Below, piece after piece: positions 48,374-58,117 of a stretch of 64,000 nt of DNA. A program made the translations under genes and the position numbers. Numbering within the stretch: position 1 is the stretch's first letter; each line of letters starts with the position of its first letter. This stretch comes from Promethearchaeota archaeon (GTDB lineage: Archaea; Asgardarchaeota; Hermodarchaeia; Hermodarchaeales; Hermodarchaeaceae), in assembly GCA_048938385.1 (NCBI GenBank), contig JBHLMG010000009.1, forward strand, positions 1 to 64,000, in the 5' to 3' direction. A model generated the notes under the pieces. That model made no database searches. It was not told the DNA's origin and saw only the letters and a program-made list of their open reading frames with translations.

Positions 48374-49213
48374 ATGAGTGCAACTCCCTTTCTCCTCGGC
48401 GTATTAAAACTTGGTAACATTGGAACCTCGCCGTTATTGGAACTGTTATTCGATGAACGCGCTGAACGCGAAAACTTCAATGCTGTTGTAATTGGTTCGG
48501 GTGCTAAAATGAATGAAGAAGTCGCAGAAGACAGAGCCAAACTTCTAATCGAACAAAAACCTCATCTCGTACTGATTCCAAGCCCTAACGCGGCATTGAA
48601 GGGCCCGACCAAAGCCAGAGAATTGGTTAAGGAAGCTGGCATACCCGTTATCCTACTATCTGATCTTCTACCCAAGGACCAACGAGAAACACTCGCAGAA
48701 GAAGGCTATGGCTATATACTCATCCCTGCAGATTCCATGATCGGAGCACGGCGTGAGTTTTTAGACCCTTCCGAAATGGCGATCTTCAATGCGCATGTTA
48801 TTCAGGTCTTAGCTTCTACCGGAGCGTTACGAGCGGCCCAACTCGCACTCGATGAGGTCATTGCCAACATAACCGCTGGACAATCAGCCCCTCTTCCTAC
48901 GCTAGTTGTAAACGCTTCTCGTGCAGTAGCGGCAGGGAATTTCTCGAATCCGTATGCACGGGTAAAAGCGATGGCAGCATACGAAATGGCTGCTGCTGTT
49001 GCTGAGATTTCAGTTAAGGGCTGTTTTAGACAGAAGGAACGCGAAGAATACATTCCTACAGTGGCTAGTGCCCACGAAATGATGCGAAGTGCTGCCTTAC
49101 TCGCAGATGAGGCACGCGAACTCGAAAAATCCGGAGACACTCTTTACCGGACGCCCCACTTTGATAACGGCACAGTAGGATCCAAAACTAAACTGGGTGA
49201 AAAACCTGCCTAA
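48374..49213 (+). CDS. mtd: F420-dependent methylene-H4MPT dehydrogenase
   Basis: KLGNIGTS, DERAERE, GSGAKM, SPNAALKGP, DSMIGARREFLDPSEMAIFN, NPYA, AHEMM. Confidence 0.95.
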   Translation: MSATPFLLGVLKLGNIGTSPLLELLFDERAERENFNAVVIGSGAKMNEEVAEDRAKLLIEQKPHLVLIPSPNAALKGPTKARELVKEAGIPVILLSDLLPKDQRETLAEEGYGYILIPADSMIGARREFLDPSEMAIFNAHVIQVLASTGALRAAQLALDEVIANITAGQSAPLPTLVVNASRAVAAGNFSNPYARVKAMAAYEMAAAVAEISVKGCFRQKEREEYIPTVASAHEMMRSAALLADEARELEKSGDTLYRTPHFDNGTVGSKTKLGEKPA

Positions 49214-49307
49214 TTGAAGTAAAGGAATACTGCCCTTTACTTTGTCAACGAAGGTGCTACCACTCCCTCACTGCGAATTCTAAGTATAGTCAGAACAAGG
49301 TGTTTCC

Positions 49308-49805
49308 CTACTCTTCCTTCTTATCAAGACGAGGAGATTCCCAGTCCTTTCGGAGTGGATAGACATCCTTTGGCCAATCTTCAGGCAGAATCAACCGCTT
49401 TAGGTTTGGATGATCCTTAAACTTCACGCCTAGTAAGTCATGAACCTCGCGTTCGTAGAGAGTTGCACCTGGAATTAGAGGTGTGATTGAATCCACATCA
49501 GGATGCGATGTCGGAACTTGAATGTGAAGGCTCACCGAAACCGCTTTGACTTCGAAATGGTAAATTACGGCGAGTTCACCGCGTAGGTCCATCCCAGTAA
49601 TGCTTGAAAGGTGAGTCAACCCCCATTCCTGTTTCATCCAATCCACGGCCTTACGAACCGCTTCGGCTTTGACGGTAACATAGATGCTGTGTTCGCGTAG
49701 AAATTCTGCAGAGATGAAATCACTACCCAGGGCTTTTTCGATTTCAGTCATCATTTTTGCTTCTTTCGGGGTCGGTTTCCTTGCAGGTTTTTCTTCACTT
49801 GCCAT
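49308..49805 (-). CDS. NuoC-like subunit of a complex I-like / group 4 hydrogenase
   Basis: HLSSITGMD, YEREVHDLLGVKFKDHPNLKRL, YPLRKD. Confidence 0.88.
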   Translation of the reverse strand: MASEEKPARKPTPKEAKMMTEIEKALGSDFISAEFLREHSIYVTVKAEAVRKAVDWMKQEWGLTHLSSITGMDLRGELAVIYHFEVKAVSVSLHIQVPTSHPDVDSITPLIPGATLYEREVHDLLGVKFKDHPNLKRLILPEDWPKDVYPLRKDWESPRLDKKEE

Positions 49806-49827
49806 TTTCTTTCACTCCATTCACTCA

Positions 49828-50262
49828 CTATCCACCCTTGAGCTTTCCAAGGAGTGCTGCTACACCGTAAATAATGGCTTCAGGTTTTGGAGGACATCCC
49901 GGAATCCAAGCGTCCACTGGAATTACACCATCCAGTCCACCTGTCACATTATAGCATTGTCGGAACACGCCACCAGACATGGTACAGGCGCCGATGCCCA
50001 CCACAAATTTCGGTTCAGGCGTTTGATTGTAAATCCGTAAAAACCGTTCAGCAACCTGTTTGGTAATTGGTCCGCTACAAAGTAAGACATCTGCGTGACG
50101 CGGGCTACCTTTTAAGAGGACACCAAATCTTTCAAGGTCATATCGTGGAGTTAACGCATCAAGGATCTCAATGTCGCAGCCATTGCATCCACCTGAGTTT
50201 AGATGGAGTACCCATGGTGACTTGATGCGTGCCCAAGTAACAAGTTTTGATAAGACACCCAT
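49828..50262 (-). CDS. NuoB-like / group 4 [NiFe]-hydrogenase small subunit
   Basis: GCNGCDIE, YDLERFG, SPRHAD, IGAC, IPGCPPKPE; start reassigned to MGVLSK at 50262 behind a GGAGG. Confidence 0.9.
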   Translation of the reverse strand: MGVLSKLVTWARIKSPWVLHLNSGGCNGCDIEILDALTPRYDLERFGVLLKGSPRHADVLLCSGPITKQVAERFLRIYNQTPEPKFVVGIGACTMSGGVFRQCYNVTGGLDGVIPVDAWIPGCPPKPEAIIYGVAALLGKLKGG

Positions 50263-50406
50263 TATGATAGCCTCCAATCTGGGCGTTGCTAACCTAAACC
50301 TATGCCTCGTCTTAAAACCCTTTGGGTGTTTTGGAATGCTAAATCGAAATCCTTTGAATGTATTGCTCAAGTATTAGTACGAAAGATGCCTTCGGGGCTG
50401 GCATGT

Positions 50407-50739
50407 TTATTTCCGAAGGATTAGGATTGCAATGAATGCGACAAGAAGATAGATGATGGGAACCCATCCAAGGACGCCCATTGATGTGGCGAGGATGAAC
50501 GCGATGATGTCAAAGATTGTAAAGTACACAGCATAGCGGAGAAGCTGTGTGTGGAATTGTGCCTTTATAGCGGGTAAGTCTTCTCCACAAGCGTAAGTTG
50601 TGGTCTTTTCTTTGGTGGGGTTGCTTGGGGCAAGTCTTCGTCCAATCCAGTAAAGTAACAGGACAATTATGAGCATTATACCAAAGGCTAACAAGAAGTT
50701 GAGGAAATTTGAAAAGGTGTTAGACCAGGCAAATTGCAA
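50407..50739 (-). CDS. NuoA-like membrane subunit
   Basis: Three TMs; KTTTYACGE; YFTIFD. Confidence 0.85.
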   Translation of the reverse strand: MQFAWSNTFSNFLNFLLAFGIMLIIVLLLYWIGRRLAPSNPTKEKTTTYACGEDLPAIKAQFHTQLLRYAVYFTIFDIIAFILATSMGVLGWVPIIYLLVAFIAILILRK

Positions 50740-50907
50740 TCTCCGTCACCACGATAATGGCTTGTTAGAAGTCAAAGGGTTCTAGATTGTATAAAAGGCT
50801 TGCTCCCACTGGAAATTTCTGTTAAAGATAAAACTGAAGGTCTTCTCAATAAATGGGTTAAGGTCGGGTAAAGGGGGCTTCTGCTGCAAGTATTTTGTAA
50901 TATCGTG

Positions 50908-51075
50908 CTAATCGGAAATTTCGATGCGGATTTTCTCAGAGCCTTTCAGTTTTGGTGCGCGGAGCGTGGAGACTATGGCAAAGACCACTTTTTGAATAAG
51001 TGTATCAGTGTATTCGTTTAATCCAATCTCTCGGTCGAAAACGACCAGAGTTGTCTTCTTCTCATCTGGAGTCAT
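50908..51075 (-). CDS. 55-aa protein resembling the C-terminal domain often fused to archaeal MobB (not in the ORF track)
   Basis: MTPDEKKTTLVVFDREIGLNEYTDTLIQKVVFAIVSTLRAPKLKGSEKIRIEISD; ATGA overlap with the mobB stop. Confidence 0.6.
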   Translation of the reverse strand: MTPDEKKTTLVVFDREIGLNEYTDTLIQKVVFAIVSTLRAPKLKGSEKIRIEISD

Positions 51076-51629
51076 GCAGATTCACCTAACTTTATTCTTG
51101 GGGCAGTTGGAAGCCACTTATCGATGGCTTCTAGGAGAAAAGGTAACTCATTTGGAATATGTACGGCTGCTTCGATATTAGGGTCTAGGGAACATTGACC
51201 GAGTATTGGTCCTGTAGTTGTAGTTTGGAACTTCGCTATTTCTTCTGATGACCGGACGCAAATAATCTTGGCAATTTTTGGATGCGTTTGGGTCCAAAAA
51301 CGGAACCCCTCAAGGACAATCACATCAGCTGAAACTACATGAGTTCCGCGTCGTAAGAGGTCAACTGGATCAACGATGGGTCGTTGAAAAAGTAGGGTTG
51401 TTGATGATTCGCTTTGAAGAAATGTCGCTGAAGCACCAGCTTCGAGATGTCGATATGAATCAGTGCCGGGGGTATCAAGGGAAAATTGTGGGTCACCTAC
51501 ATGTTTTGCACTGAGGATGCCTAGGTTCTGCTGCGAAAGGTGAGTAATGATGTGGGCAGTGACTGTAGTCTTACCCGAGTCCTTGTATCCAATTACCGAG
51601 AGTATCGGAGGGAATGAAACGATAAGCAG
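51072..51629 (-). CDS. mobB: Molybdopterin-guanine dinucleotide biosynthesis protein B, non-canonical start
   Basis: Frame stays open upstream of the listed ORF: ILSVIGYKDSGKTT (P-loop), AKH, DTPGTDSYRHLEAGA, VIVLEGF; only CTG (51629) or ATC (51623) available after GGAGG. Confidence 0.8.
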   Translation of the reverse strand: MLIVSFPPILSVIGYKDSGKTTVTAHIITHLSQQNLGILSAKHVGDPQFSLDTPGTDSYRHLEAGASATFLQSESSTTLLFQRPIVDPVDLLRRGTHVVSADVIVLEGFRFWTQTHPKIAKIICVRSSEEIAKFQTTTTGPILGQCSLDPNIEAAVHIPNELPFLLEAIDKWLPTAPRIKLGESA

Positions 51630-51821
51630 TCCTCCCTAAAGACGAGTTACCTTCAGAAGTGAAAAGGTAACCCTGAGTATTAAACTTTTCAACATCTTGA
51701 GCACCAAAACAACGCTTTTCCGGTTGGATGAGAAAAAATGAAACAGGTAGTCACACTTTTAAGCAGAATGGACAGAAAAGCGGGTCTAAGGTACTCAAGT
51801 CACCGTGACGAGGGTCCAACG

Positions 51822-52172
51822 ATGTCGTTATCGCGTACTGTGGTCGTTGGTCTACTTGCTATTATAGCAGTAGCCATTGTTTTGTTTATTCTGATGCTCG
51901 CTGGGTTTATCCAGTTCGCTACTTATGGTTTATTATTCATTACGGTGATCTTTGCCATCCTCGCCATTGAAGACAAAGACCTCTTACACGCTGCACTCTA
52001 CCTCGCAGGCTCTGCCATTGCCCTGGCTCTAATATACTTGGTTCTGTTCGCACCTTGGGTCGCTTTCTTCCAACTAGCGATATACGCGGGCGCAGTCACC
52101 ATTATCCTGGTTTCGGCTGTAGCGTTAACGGCGCGTCGTGGGACTGGTGAAGTTGAGGAGGATGCGTCATGA
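51822..52172 (+). CDS. NuoJ N-terminal half / MbhD-like subunit
   Basis: DLLHAAL, APWVAFFQLAIYAGAV; start reassigned to MSLSR. Confidence 0.75.
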   Translation: MSLSRTVVVGLLAIIAVAIVLFILMLAGFIQFATYGLLFITVIFAILAIEDKDLLHAALYLAGSAIALALIYLVLFAPWVAFFQLAIYAGAVTIILVSAVALTARRGTGEVEEDAS

Positions 52173-52450
52173 AAATTAAAGTGGTTGGCCTGTTTCTCAC
52201 AATTGTACTTGCCGTGTTCATGGTTGTGTTTATTAGTTTTGGATTTGGGGATTGGTTACTTGCCTCACCAGACCCTGCGACAGTGGCAACGCGGTTCATA
52301 TTACCAGAGAATATCATTGTGCTAATCCAGAGCTTAAGTAACATGTTATGGCATTACCGTGGCATCGACATGGTGCTACAGGGAGTGTTCTTGTTCGTCG
52401 CAGCACTTGCTGCGTCTGTCTTTTTCCATGGAGTGGTCAAGGAGGAGTAA
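52169..52450 (+). CDS. NuoJ C-terminal half / MbhE-MnhB-like subunit
   Basis: LWHYRGIDMVLQ resembles the YRGxD motif; ATGA coupling to the upstream gene. Confidence 0.65.
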   Translation: MKIKVVGLFLTIVLAVFMVVFISFGFGDWLLASPDPATVATRFILPENIIVLIQSLSNMLWHYRGIDMVLQGVFLFVAALAASVFFHGVVKEE

Positions 52451-52456
52451 GAGAAA

Positions 52457-52792
52457 ATGCAAGCGCTTGATACGATTGGTGTTCCACTTTCTGGGTTCCT
52501 TGCTGTCGCGGTCATCCTGTATGTCATTGGCATCTATGGGATGGCGACGAAACGTAATATGATCAAGTTCCTCATTTCACTGGAATTACTCCTTGATGGA
52601 GCGCATTTGAACTTCATCGTCTTTGCCACTATCTGGTCGGGTGGGTATATCGACCTGATGGTCCAAGCAATCGTCATCGCAAGTATTTGTATCGGCGGTG
52701 GAATCATCGCAATTGGGCTTGGATTCATCATTAGTGCTTACAATAAATTCGGAACGCTGGATGTCCGAAAACTCAACAAACTGCGTCATTAA
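52457..52792 (+). CDS. NuoK/MnhC-like subunit
   Basis: GIYG..KRNMIK..ISLELL; GTLDVRKLNKL. Confidence 0.85.
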   Translation: MQALDTIGVPLSGFLAVAVILYVIGIYGMATKRNMIKFLISLELLLDGAHLNFIVFATIWSGGYIDLMVQAIVIASICIGGGIIAIGLGFIISAYNKFGTLDVRKLNKLRH

Positions 52793-52812
52793 CCCTGGGG
52801 TGAACGAGAAAA

Positions 52813-54963
52813 ATGCTACCTTACGCTGCTTGGCTTTGTTGGGGATTCCCCCTGCTAGGGGCTGTCCTCACACCGCTCTTTGCAAAAATCCATCCAAAGC
52901 TTCGGGATTACGGAGCCATCGTCTTTGGCTTACTAGGCATGATCATGGCCTTCTCCATGATTCCATTCATTTATTCTGGAGATGCCTGGCTTGGGACTCA
53001 ATGGCTAGAAATTTCTATTCCTTGGATTAACATCCCAGGTGTTCTTACACTGGAATGGGGAATGCTCATTGACCCGTTATCCGTTTTCATGGCCTGTGTA
53101 GCAACCGGTGTCAGCTTCCTCATCCTTGTATACAGCCTTGGTTACATGCACGGTGATGAATCGCTCACTCGTTACTGGTTTTTCATGCAACTGTTCATTG
53201 GTGGAATGGTTCTCCTTGTTATGGCGAACAACCTCCTCCAAACTTTCATTGGCTGGGAAATCGTAGGGCTCTGCTCCTACGCCCTCATCGGCTTCTGGTA
53301 CAACAAGCCCAACATGGTTATAGACGATCAACTAGGTGAAATCACCGAAGGAAGGCTAAACTCACACAGTGGTATGAAAGCCTTCATCGTTACCCGTGTT
53401 GGAGATGTCGCCCTCCTTATTGCCATCGTCTTTATCTTCTTCTTCACTGTTCAAGCAGGAACTCCCACCTTCAACTACCAAGTTCTCCTTTCAGACTTCA
53501 CCTGGCTTGGAACCATGGCTCAGGCGATTAGTGCTTTTCCTGGCCTATTACTATTCGTGGTGTTCCTCCTCTTCTTTCTGGGACCCATTGGAAAAAGCGC
53601 GCAATTCCCCTTACAGTTCTGGCTCCCGGAAGCCATGGCAGGTCCAACCACCGTCTCCGCCTTGATCCACGCTGCTGCAATGGTCAAAGCTGGTGTCTAT
53701 CTGGTTGCTCGAATGGCCCCAATCCTTGTACAGGGCTTCCACACGGTAGCGATCGCAACAGCTATTGTTCAACAGGCTCTTAGCAACTTCTTCTATGTTA
53801 TCGCCATAATCGGGACTTTCACCGCTTTTATGGCGGCAAGCATGGCTTTGGTCTCTAAGGAGCTCAAGAAGGTTCTTGCTTTCAGCACCATTAGCCAACT
53901 CGGTTATATGTTCATGGCAATTGGTGTGTTCGCCATCGCTGCTGAAGGAGCAGCAGGATACGCTGCGGGGGTCTTCCATTTAGCTGCCCATGCTGTCTTT
54001 AAAGCACTCCTCTTCTTGTCCGCAGGGGCTGTGCTCCACGCAGTTCATAGCAAATACATGACGGATATGGGCGGGATCCGAAAAGCAATGCCGATTACCT
54101 TTATTGTAATGATCATTGGTGCTCTAGCCTTGAGTGGCTTCCCGCCCCTAGCAGGCTTTTGGAGCAAGGAAGCCATCTTTTCTGCTGCCTGGGAATTGGG
54201 AGTTATGGGCAACATGACAGGTTACATCTTCCTCCTCTTCGCTGCCCTAACTGGTGTATTGACCTTCTTCTACAGTCTTCGTATGATTGGTATGACCTTC
54301 CTTGGTTCACCAAGTGAGAATGTTGAGAAACTAGCTGCAGAAGGGAAACCTGTGCATGAAGCGCCCCTAGTAATGTGGTTACCTTTAGTAATTCTTGCTA
54401 TCACTACAGTGGTTCTTGGATTTCTTGAACCGTTCCTGAAGACATTCTTTCTAGGTGAATGGGCTCTTCAATTCTCAGGGATACCTCATGCTCCCCACAT
54501 AGGTTCACTTATCGAGATGTATGTAGAACTCTTCGTTCACACCTTTACCTCACCCACATTCCTGATTACCCTTGGCGTGTTAGCCCTTGGCGGCATCCCC
54601 GGATACCTCATCTACATTCGCCAAAGTTGGACACCCGCAATTAGTGAGAAGAACTTCCTGTATCGGTTCTTATACAAACGTTGGTACTGGAACGGGCTCA
54701 TGTACAAGATCTTTGTCAGTGGCACTCTTTGGTTTTCACGGGGAATGTTCAAGACTGTTGAAGCAAAAGGCATCGACCAGTTCAACTATGTTGTGGCTGA
54801 TGGTGCCACAGGGCTAAGCCGCTGGTGGCGTCGAATTCAAACCGGTGTGCACAGCTGGAACATGATTCTGCTGCTCATTGGTGCTGTGGTCTTCGTAGCA
54901 CTCCTCATCTTGTTTCAATTTGTAGGAGGCGTGCTACTTCTTCCAATTCCCTTCATACCCTGA
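52813..54963 (+). CDS. NuoL/MrpA-like antiporter subunit
   Basis: YSLGYM, WEIVGLCSY, KSAQFPLQFWLPEAMAGPTTVSALIHAA, STISQLGY; lateral helix plus terminal TM. Confidence 0.92.
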   Translation: MLPYAAWLCWGFPLLGAVLTPLFAKIHPKLRDYGAIVFGLLGMIMAFSMIPFIYSGDAWLGTQWLEISIPWINIPGVLTLEWGMLIDPLSVFMACVATGVSFLILVYSLGYMHGDESLTRYWFFMQLFIGGMVLLVMANNLLQTFIGWEIVGLCSYALIGFWYNKPNMVIDDQLGEITEGRLNSHSGMKAFIVTRVGDVALLIAIVFIFFFTVQAGTPTFNYQVLLSDFTWLGTMAQAISAFPGLLLFVVFLLFFLGPIGKSAQFPLQFWLPEAMAGPTTVSALIHAAAMVKAGVYLVARMAPILVQGFHTVAIATAIVQQALSNFFYVIAIIGTFTAFMAASMALVSKELKKVLAFSTISQLGYMFMAIGVFAIAAEGAAGYAAGVFHLAAHAVFKALLFLSAGAVLHAVHSKYMTDMGGIRKAMPITFIVMIIGALALSGFPPLAGFWSKEAIFSAAWELGVMGNMTGYIFLLFAALTGVLTFFYSLRMIGMTFLGSPSENVEKLAAEGKPVHEAPLVMWLPLVILAITTVVLGFLEPFLKTFFLGEWALQFSGIPHAPHIGSLIEMYVELFVHTFTSPTFLITLGVLALGGIPGYLIYIRQSWTPAISEKNFLYRFLYKRWYWNGLMYKIFVSGTLWFSRGMFKTVEAKGIDQFNYVVADGATGLSRWWRRIQTGVHSWNMILLLIGAVVFVALLILFQFVGGVLLLPIPFIP

Positions 54964-54974
54964 GGTGACACAAA

Positions 54975-56483
54975 ATGGCACTATTCCACTATCTCTCATT
55001 CACGCTGTTGCTCATGTTCATCGGTGCTCCAATCGCCTGGATCATTGGGCGCCGTAACGGTCGCTGGGCAGGTGTCTTTGCCCTTCTTATCATGCTAGTC
55101 AGTATGGTCACCTTTGGTCTTGCCTGGTGGGAAACGCAACTTGCCGGCACCTATATGGAAGAATTCGTTTTGACCCCCACGCTAGGACCGTTTGGCTGGT
55201 ACCTTGACGGATTGAGTTCTGTCGTAGGCTGGATCATCCTCTTCCTTACTACTGCTGCAACCTGCTATTCCATCGCCTACATGGCGAAAGAACATGGCCA
55301 ATCCCGGTTCTTTGCATTACTTCTCATGTATAACGCTGGCATCCTCGGTGTCGTGTTGGCAACGAACCTATTTGAGTTCTACATCCTTTGGGAAATCATG
55401 CTCATACCCAGCTACTTCCTTATTGCAGAATGGGGTACTAAACCCCAATCCACAAAAATCGCCCTCAAATACTTCATCTTTACACACATTGGTGCTGTGC
55501 TAATTCTCGTTGGTATCGCCGGCATCTATTCACTGAGCAGTCCTGCTAGCCTAAACTTGTTTTCGACACTGGTTTCAACAATTGACCTCAGTGGGTCTAT
55601 GACTGTGGGAACGCTAGCCTTCGATTTAGCTCGCATCATCACAGTTCTCTTAACAATTGGGTTCGCTGTTAAGATGGCTATCTTTCCCTTGCACACCTGG
55701 CTCCCCGATGCCCATGCCGAAGCTCCGACGCCTATTAGCGTCATCTTATCTGGCGTGATGATTGAAACCGCTGCTTACGCAATCATTCGAATCTTGATGA
55801 CCTTCATGCTTCCTGCGTATGGAAGCTTCAGCACCATTCTCATGTTCTTTGGACTCATAACCATGATTTATGGTGGTATAATGGCTCTAGCCCAAAAGGA
55901 TACCAAACGCCTTTTCGCCTACTCGTCAGTGTCACAAATGGGCTACATTTTCTTTGGTGTAGGCACAGCCCTTCTGATTGGAACCGTTGGAGCCGCCTTT
56001 CACATCTTTACACACGCCCTAGGTAAAGGCCTCTTGTTTATGACTGCTGGCGTCCTCATCGTTCAAATTGGCCATGAACGGGGACGGGATATTACGGCTA
56101 TGGGCGGTTTAGGGCGCAAGATGCCTTGGACTGCCACCATTGCTCTCATCGCAGGCTTAAGCATCGCTGGCACACCACCCCTCGCCGGGTTCGCTTCAGA
56201 GTTCTGGATCTTTGTGGGCGGAGCCCTCGGTTATGCTGTCTTAATGTTAATCTTTGCTGTTGCCTCCACTGCACTTACAGCTTCATACATACTCTGGTTT
56301 GTGAAGCGTGTATTCTTCGGTCCTACCCCCGCAGATCTTGAGAAAGTTACAGACAGCCCATTACTCATGCGTATCCCTATGATCATCCTTGCGCTCCTGA
56401 TCATCATCTTAGGAGTATGGCCCGCATTAGTACTTGATCCACTATATCAGGCACTGAGTTTGCTTCCTACCCTGGTCCCATAA
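54975..56483 (+). CDS. NuoM/MrpD-like antiporter subunit
   Basis: WEIMLIPSY, PLHTWLPDAHAEAPT, AYSSVSQMG, GFASEF. Confidence 0.92.
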   Translation: MALFHYLSFTLLLMFIGAPIAWIIGRRNGRWAGVFALLIMLVSMVTFGLAWWETQLAGTYMEEFVLTPTLGPFGWYLDGLSSVVGWIILFLTTAATCYSIAYMAKEHGQSRFFALLLMYNAGILGVVLATNLFEFYILWEIMLIPSYFLIAEWGTKPQSTKIALKYFIFTHIGAVLILVGIAGIYSLSSPASLNLFSTLVSTIDLSGSMTVGTLAFDLARIITVLLTIGFAVKMAIFPLHTWLPDAHAEAPTPISVILSGVMIETAAYAIIRILMTFMLPAYGSFSTILMFFGLITMIYGGIMALAQKDTKRLFAYSSVSQMGYIFFGVGTALLIGTVGAAFHIFTHALGKGLLFMTAGVLIVQIGHERGRDITAMGGLGRKMPWTATIALIAGLSIAGTPPLAGFASEFWIFVGGALGYAVLMLIFAVASTALTASYILWFVKRVFFGPTPADLEKVTDSPLLMRIPMIILALLIIILGVWPALVLDPLYQALSLLPTLVP

Positions 56484-56499
56484 TGGAGGTTGAAATGAG

Positions 56500-58080
56500 A
56501 TGGCTATCGGAATAAATGAATGGATTCAACTCATCCCCCTCTGGTTACCTCTCGTCGGCGCACTCTTCCTCGCGCTCATCGGTCGACTCACAAAAGAACG
56601 AAACAAAGTGCTCCTTGGGGCAATCTCTGTCGTAATTTTGTTCATTGCCCTCTGGTTCCTCATTTCACCCTTTCCGCCCTTTCAAGGACTCTACTTCCAG
56701 CTCGTCAACGCTGGTTTCACTCCTATTGATATCGTCTACTTCGTGACAACGCCACTGGACCCAAGCATAGGAGCCGCCTTCTTGCGAATCGACATTCTCT
56801 CTGTCTTCATGTCTGTCATCTTCATATTCTTAGGCTTCTTCGTCGCCCTCTACTCCATTAAGTACATGGAACATGACACTCGGTTATCCATCTACTATGC
56901 CCTTCTCCTCACACTCGTTGGAGGAATGGTGGGGGTCACCATGGCAGGCGATTTCTTCACATTGTTCATCCTTTGGGAAACGATGTCAATAAGCAGCTAT
57001 GTTTTAGTCGCCTTCCGGAAAGACGAAGCAGAACCTCTTGAAGCCGGCATCAAGTACCTCTTTCTTAGCGCTGTGGGTTCCACGCTCATCCTCTTCACCA
57101 TGTCACTTCTCTACGGGCTCACAGGCACTTTGAATATCTACCAAATCGGTCCAGCACTTTCTTTGATCGTTGGAGGCGCCACTCCTGGTTCTCCAATCCA
57201 GGGCCTTCTCCTCATCACCATCGTTGGTCTCATCATCGGGTTCGGCGTCAAAGCGGCAATTGCTCCACTTTCCACCTGGCTTCCAGACGCCCATCCTGCT
57301 GCTCCTAGTGGCATCAGTGCCATGCTCAGCGGCGTCGTCATCATGACAGGTGCTTATGCTATTATTCGCACACTTATCCTCTTCTATAATCCCGCGGACT
57401 TTCCCTACTATGGGGCCGTAGTCAGCTGGTTTGCCCTCTTCACCATGATCTATGGAAACCTCATGGCACTGACACAAAAGGATCTGAAACGGCTTCTAGC
57501 CTATTCAACTATAGTAAATGTCGGTTACATCATCTACGGGTTCAGTATTGCGATGATGCAGGTAGCTCAGCCTGCCCAACTCACCTCCGTCACAGGAAGC
57601 CTGTTCCACATTACAGCCCATATGCTCTCAAAGGGCATGCTCTTCTTGATCTCAGGAATTTTCTTACACTCTCTACATACCCGGGATCTCGATAAACTCC
57701 GCGGCGTAGGTCGTAAAATGCCACTGACCATACTCTGTTTGACGATTGGTGCTCTGTCCCTTGCAGGGGTACCTCCCCTCATCGGATTCTATAGCAAATT
57801 CTTCATCATTTGGGGCGCCATCCAAGCAGGTGCATACATTGCCACAATCATCCTGGTGCTCATGAGCGCGTTCAGCGTAGTCTATTACTTACGCATTATC
57901 CAAGTCCTCGTCTTCGCCGAGCCCAGCCCTGAGGCTGCCACCGTCAAACCCACACACCCAATCCTTCTATTTGTTATCAGCGTACTCACAATCTTCATCA
58001 TCGGTATCGGGCTGTTTCCCGGCTTCTTCATTGAAGTAGCCGAATTTGCCGCTCAAGGTGCTCTTGGGCTGCTTCCCTAA
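56500..58080 (+). CDS. NuoN/MrpD-like antiporter subunit
   Basis: WETMSISSY, EAGIKY, WLPDAHPAAPS, KRLLAYST, GVPPLIGFYSK. Confidence 0.9.
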   Translation: MAIGINEWIQLIPLWLPLVGALFLALIGRLTKERNKVLLGAISVVILFIALWFLISPFPPFQGLYFQLVNAGFTPIDIVYFVTTPLDPSIGAAFLRIDILSVFMSVIFIFLGFFVALYSIKYMEHDTRLSIYYALLLTLVGGMVGVTMAGDFFTLFILWETMSISSYVLVAFRKDEAEPLEAGIKYLFLSAVGSTLILFTMSLLYGLTGTLNIYQIGPALSLIVGGATPGSPIQGLLLITIVGLIIGFGVKAAIAPLSTWLPDAHPAAPSGISAMLSGVVIMTGAYAIIRTLILFYNPADFPYYGAVVSWFALFTMIYGNLMALTQKDLKRLLAYSTIVNVGYIIYGFSIAMMQVAQPAQLTSVTGSLFHITAHMLSKGMLFLISGIFLHSLHTRDLDKLRGVGRKMPLTILCLTIGALSLAGVPPLIGFYSKFFIIWGAIQAGAYIATIILVLMSAFSVVYYLRIIQVLVFAEPSPEAATVKPTHPILLFVISVLTIFIIGIGLFPGFFIEVAEFAAQGALGLLP

Positions 58081-58090
58081 CACGGTGATC

Positions 58091-58113
58091 GCGTCTGCCT
58101 ACAAGGTGGACGC
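58091..58113 (+). terminator. Hairpin between the convergent nuoN-like gene and cysS
   Basis: GCGTCTGCCT-ACA-AGGTGGACGC. Confidence 0.5.
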
Positions 58114-58117
58114 TATT

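Noticed and set aside
45397-50262. Selenocysteine (TGA) readthrough in hypD, the frhB-like gene or the hydrogenase small subunit
   Set aside because: All expected Cys motifs are complete, with no in-frame TGA and no SECIS-like element seen.
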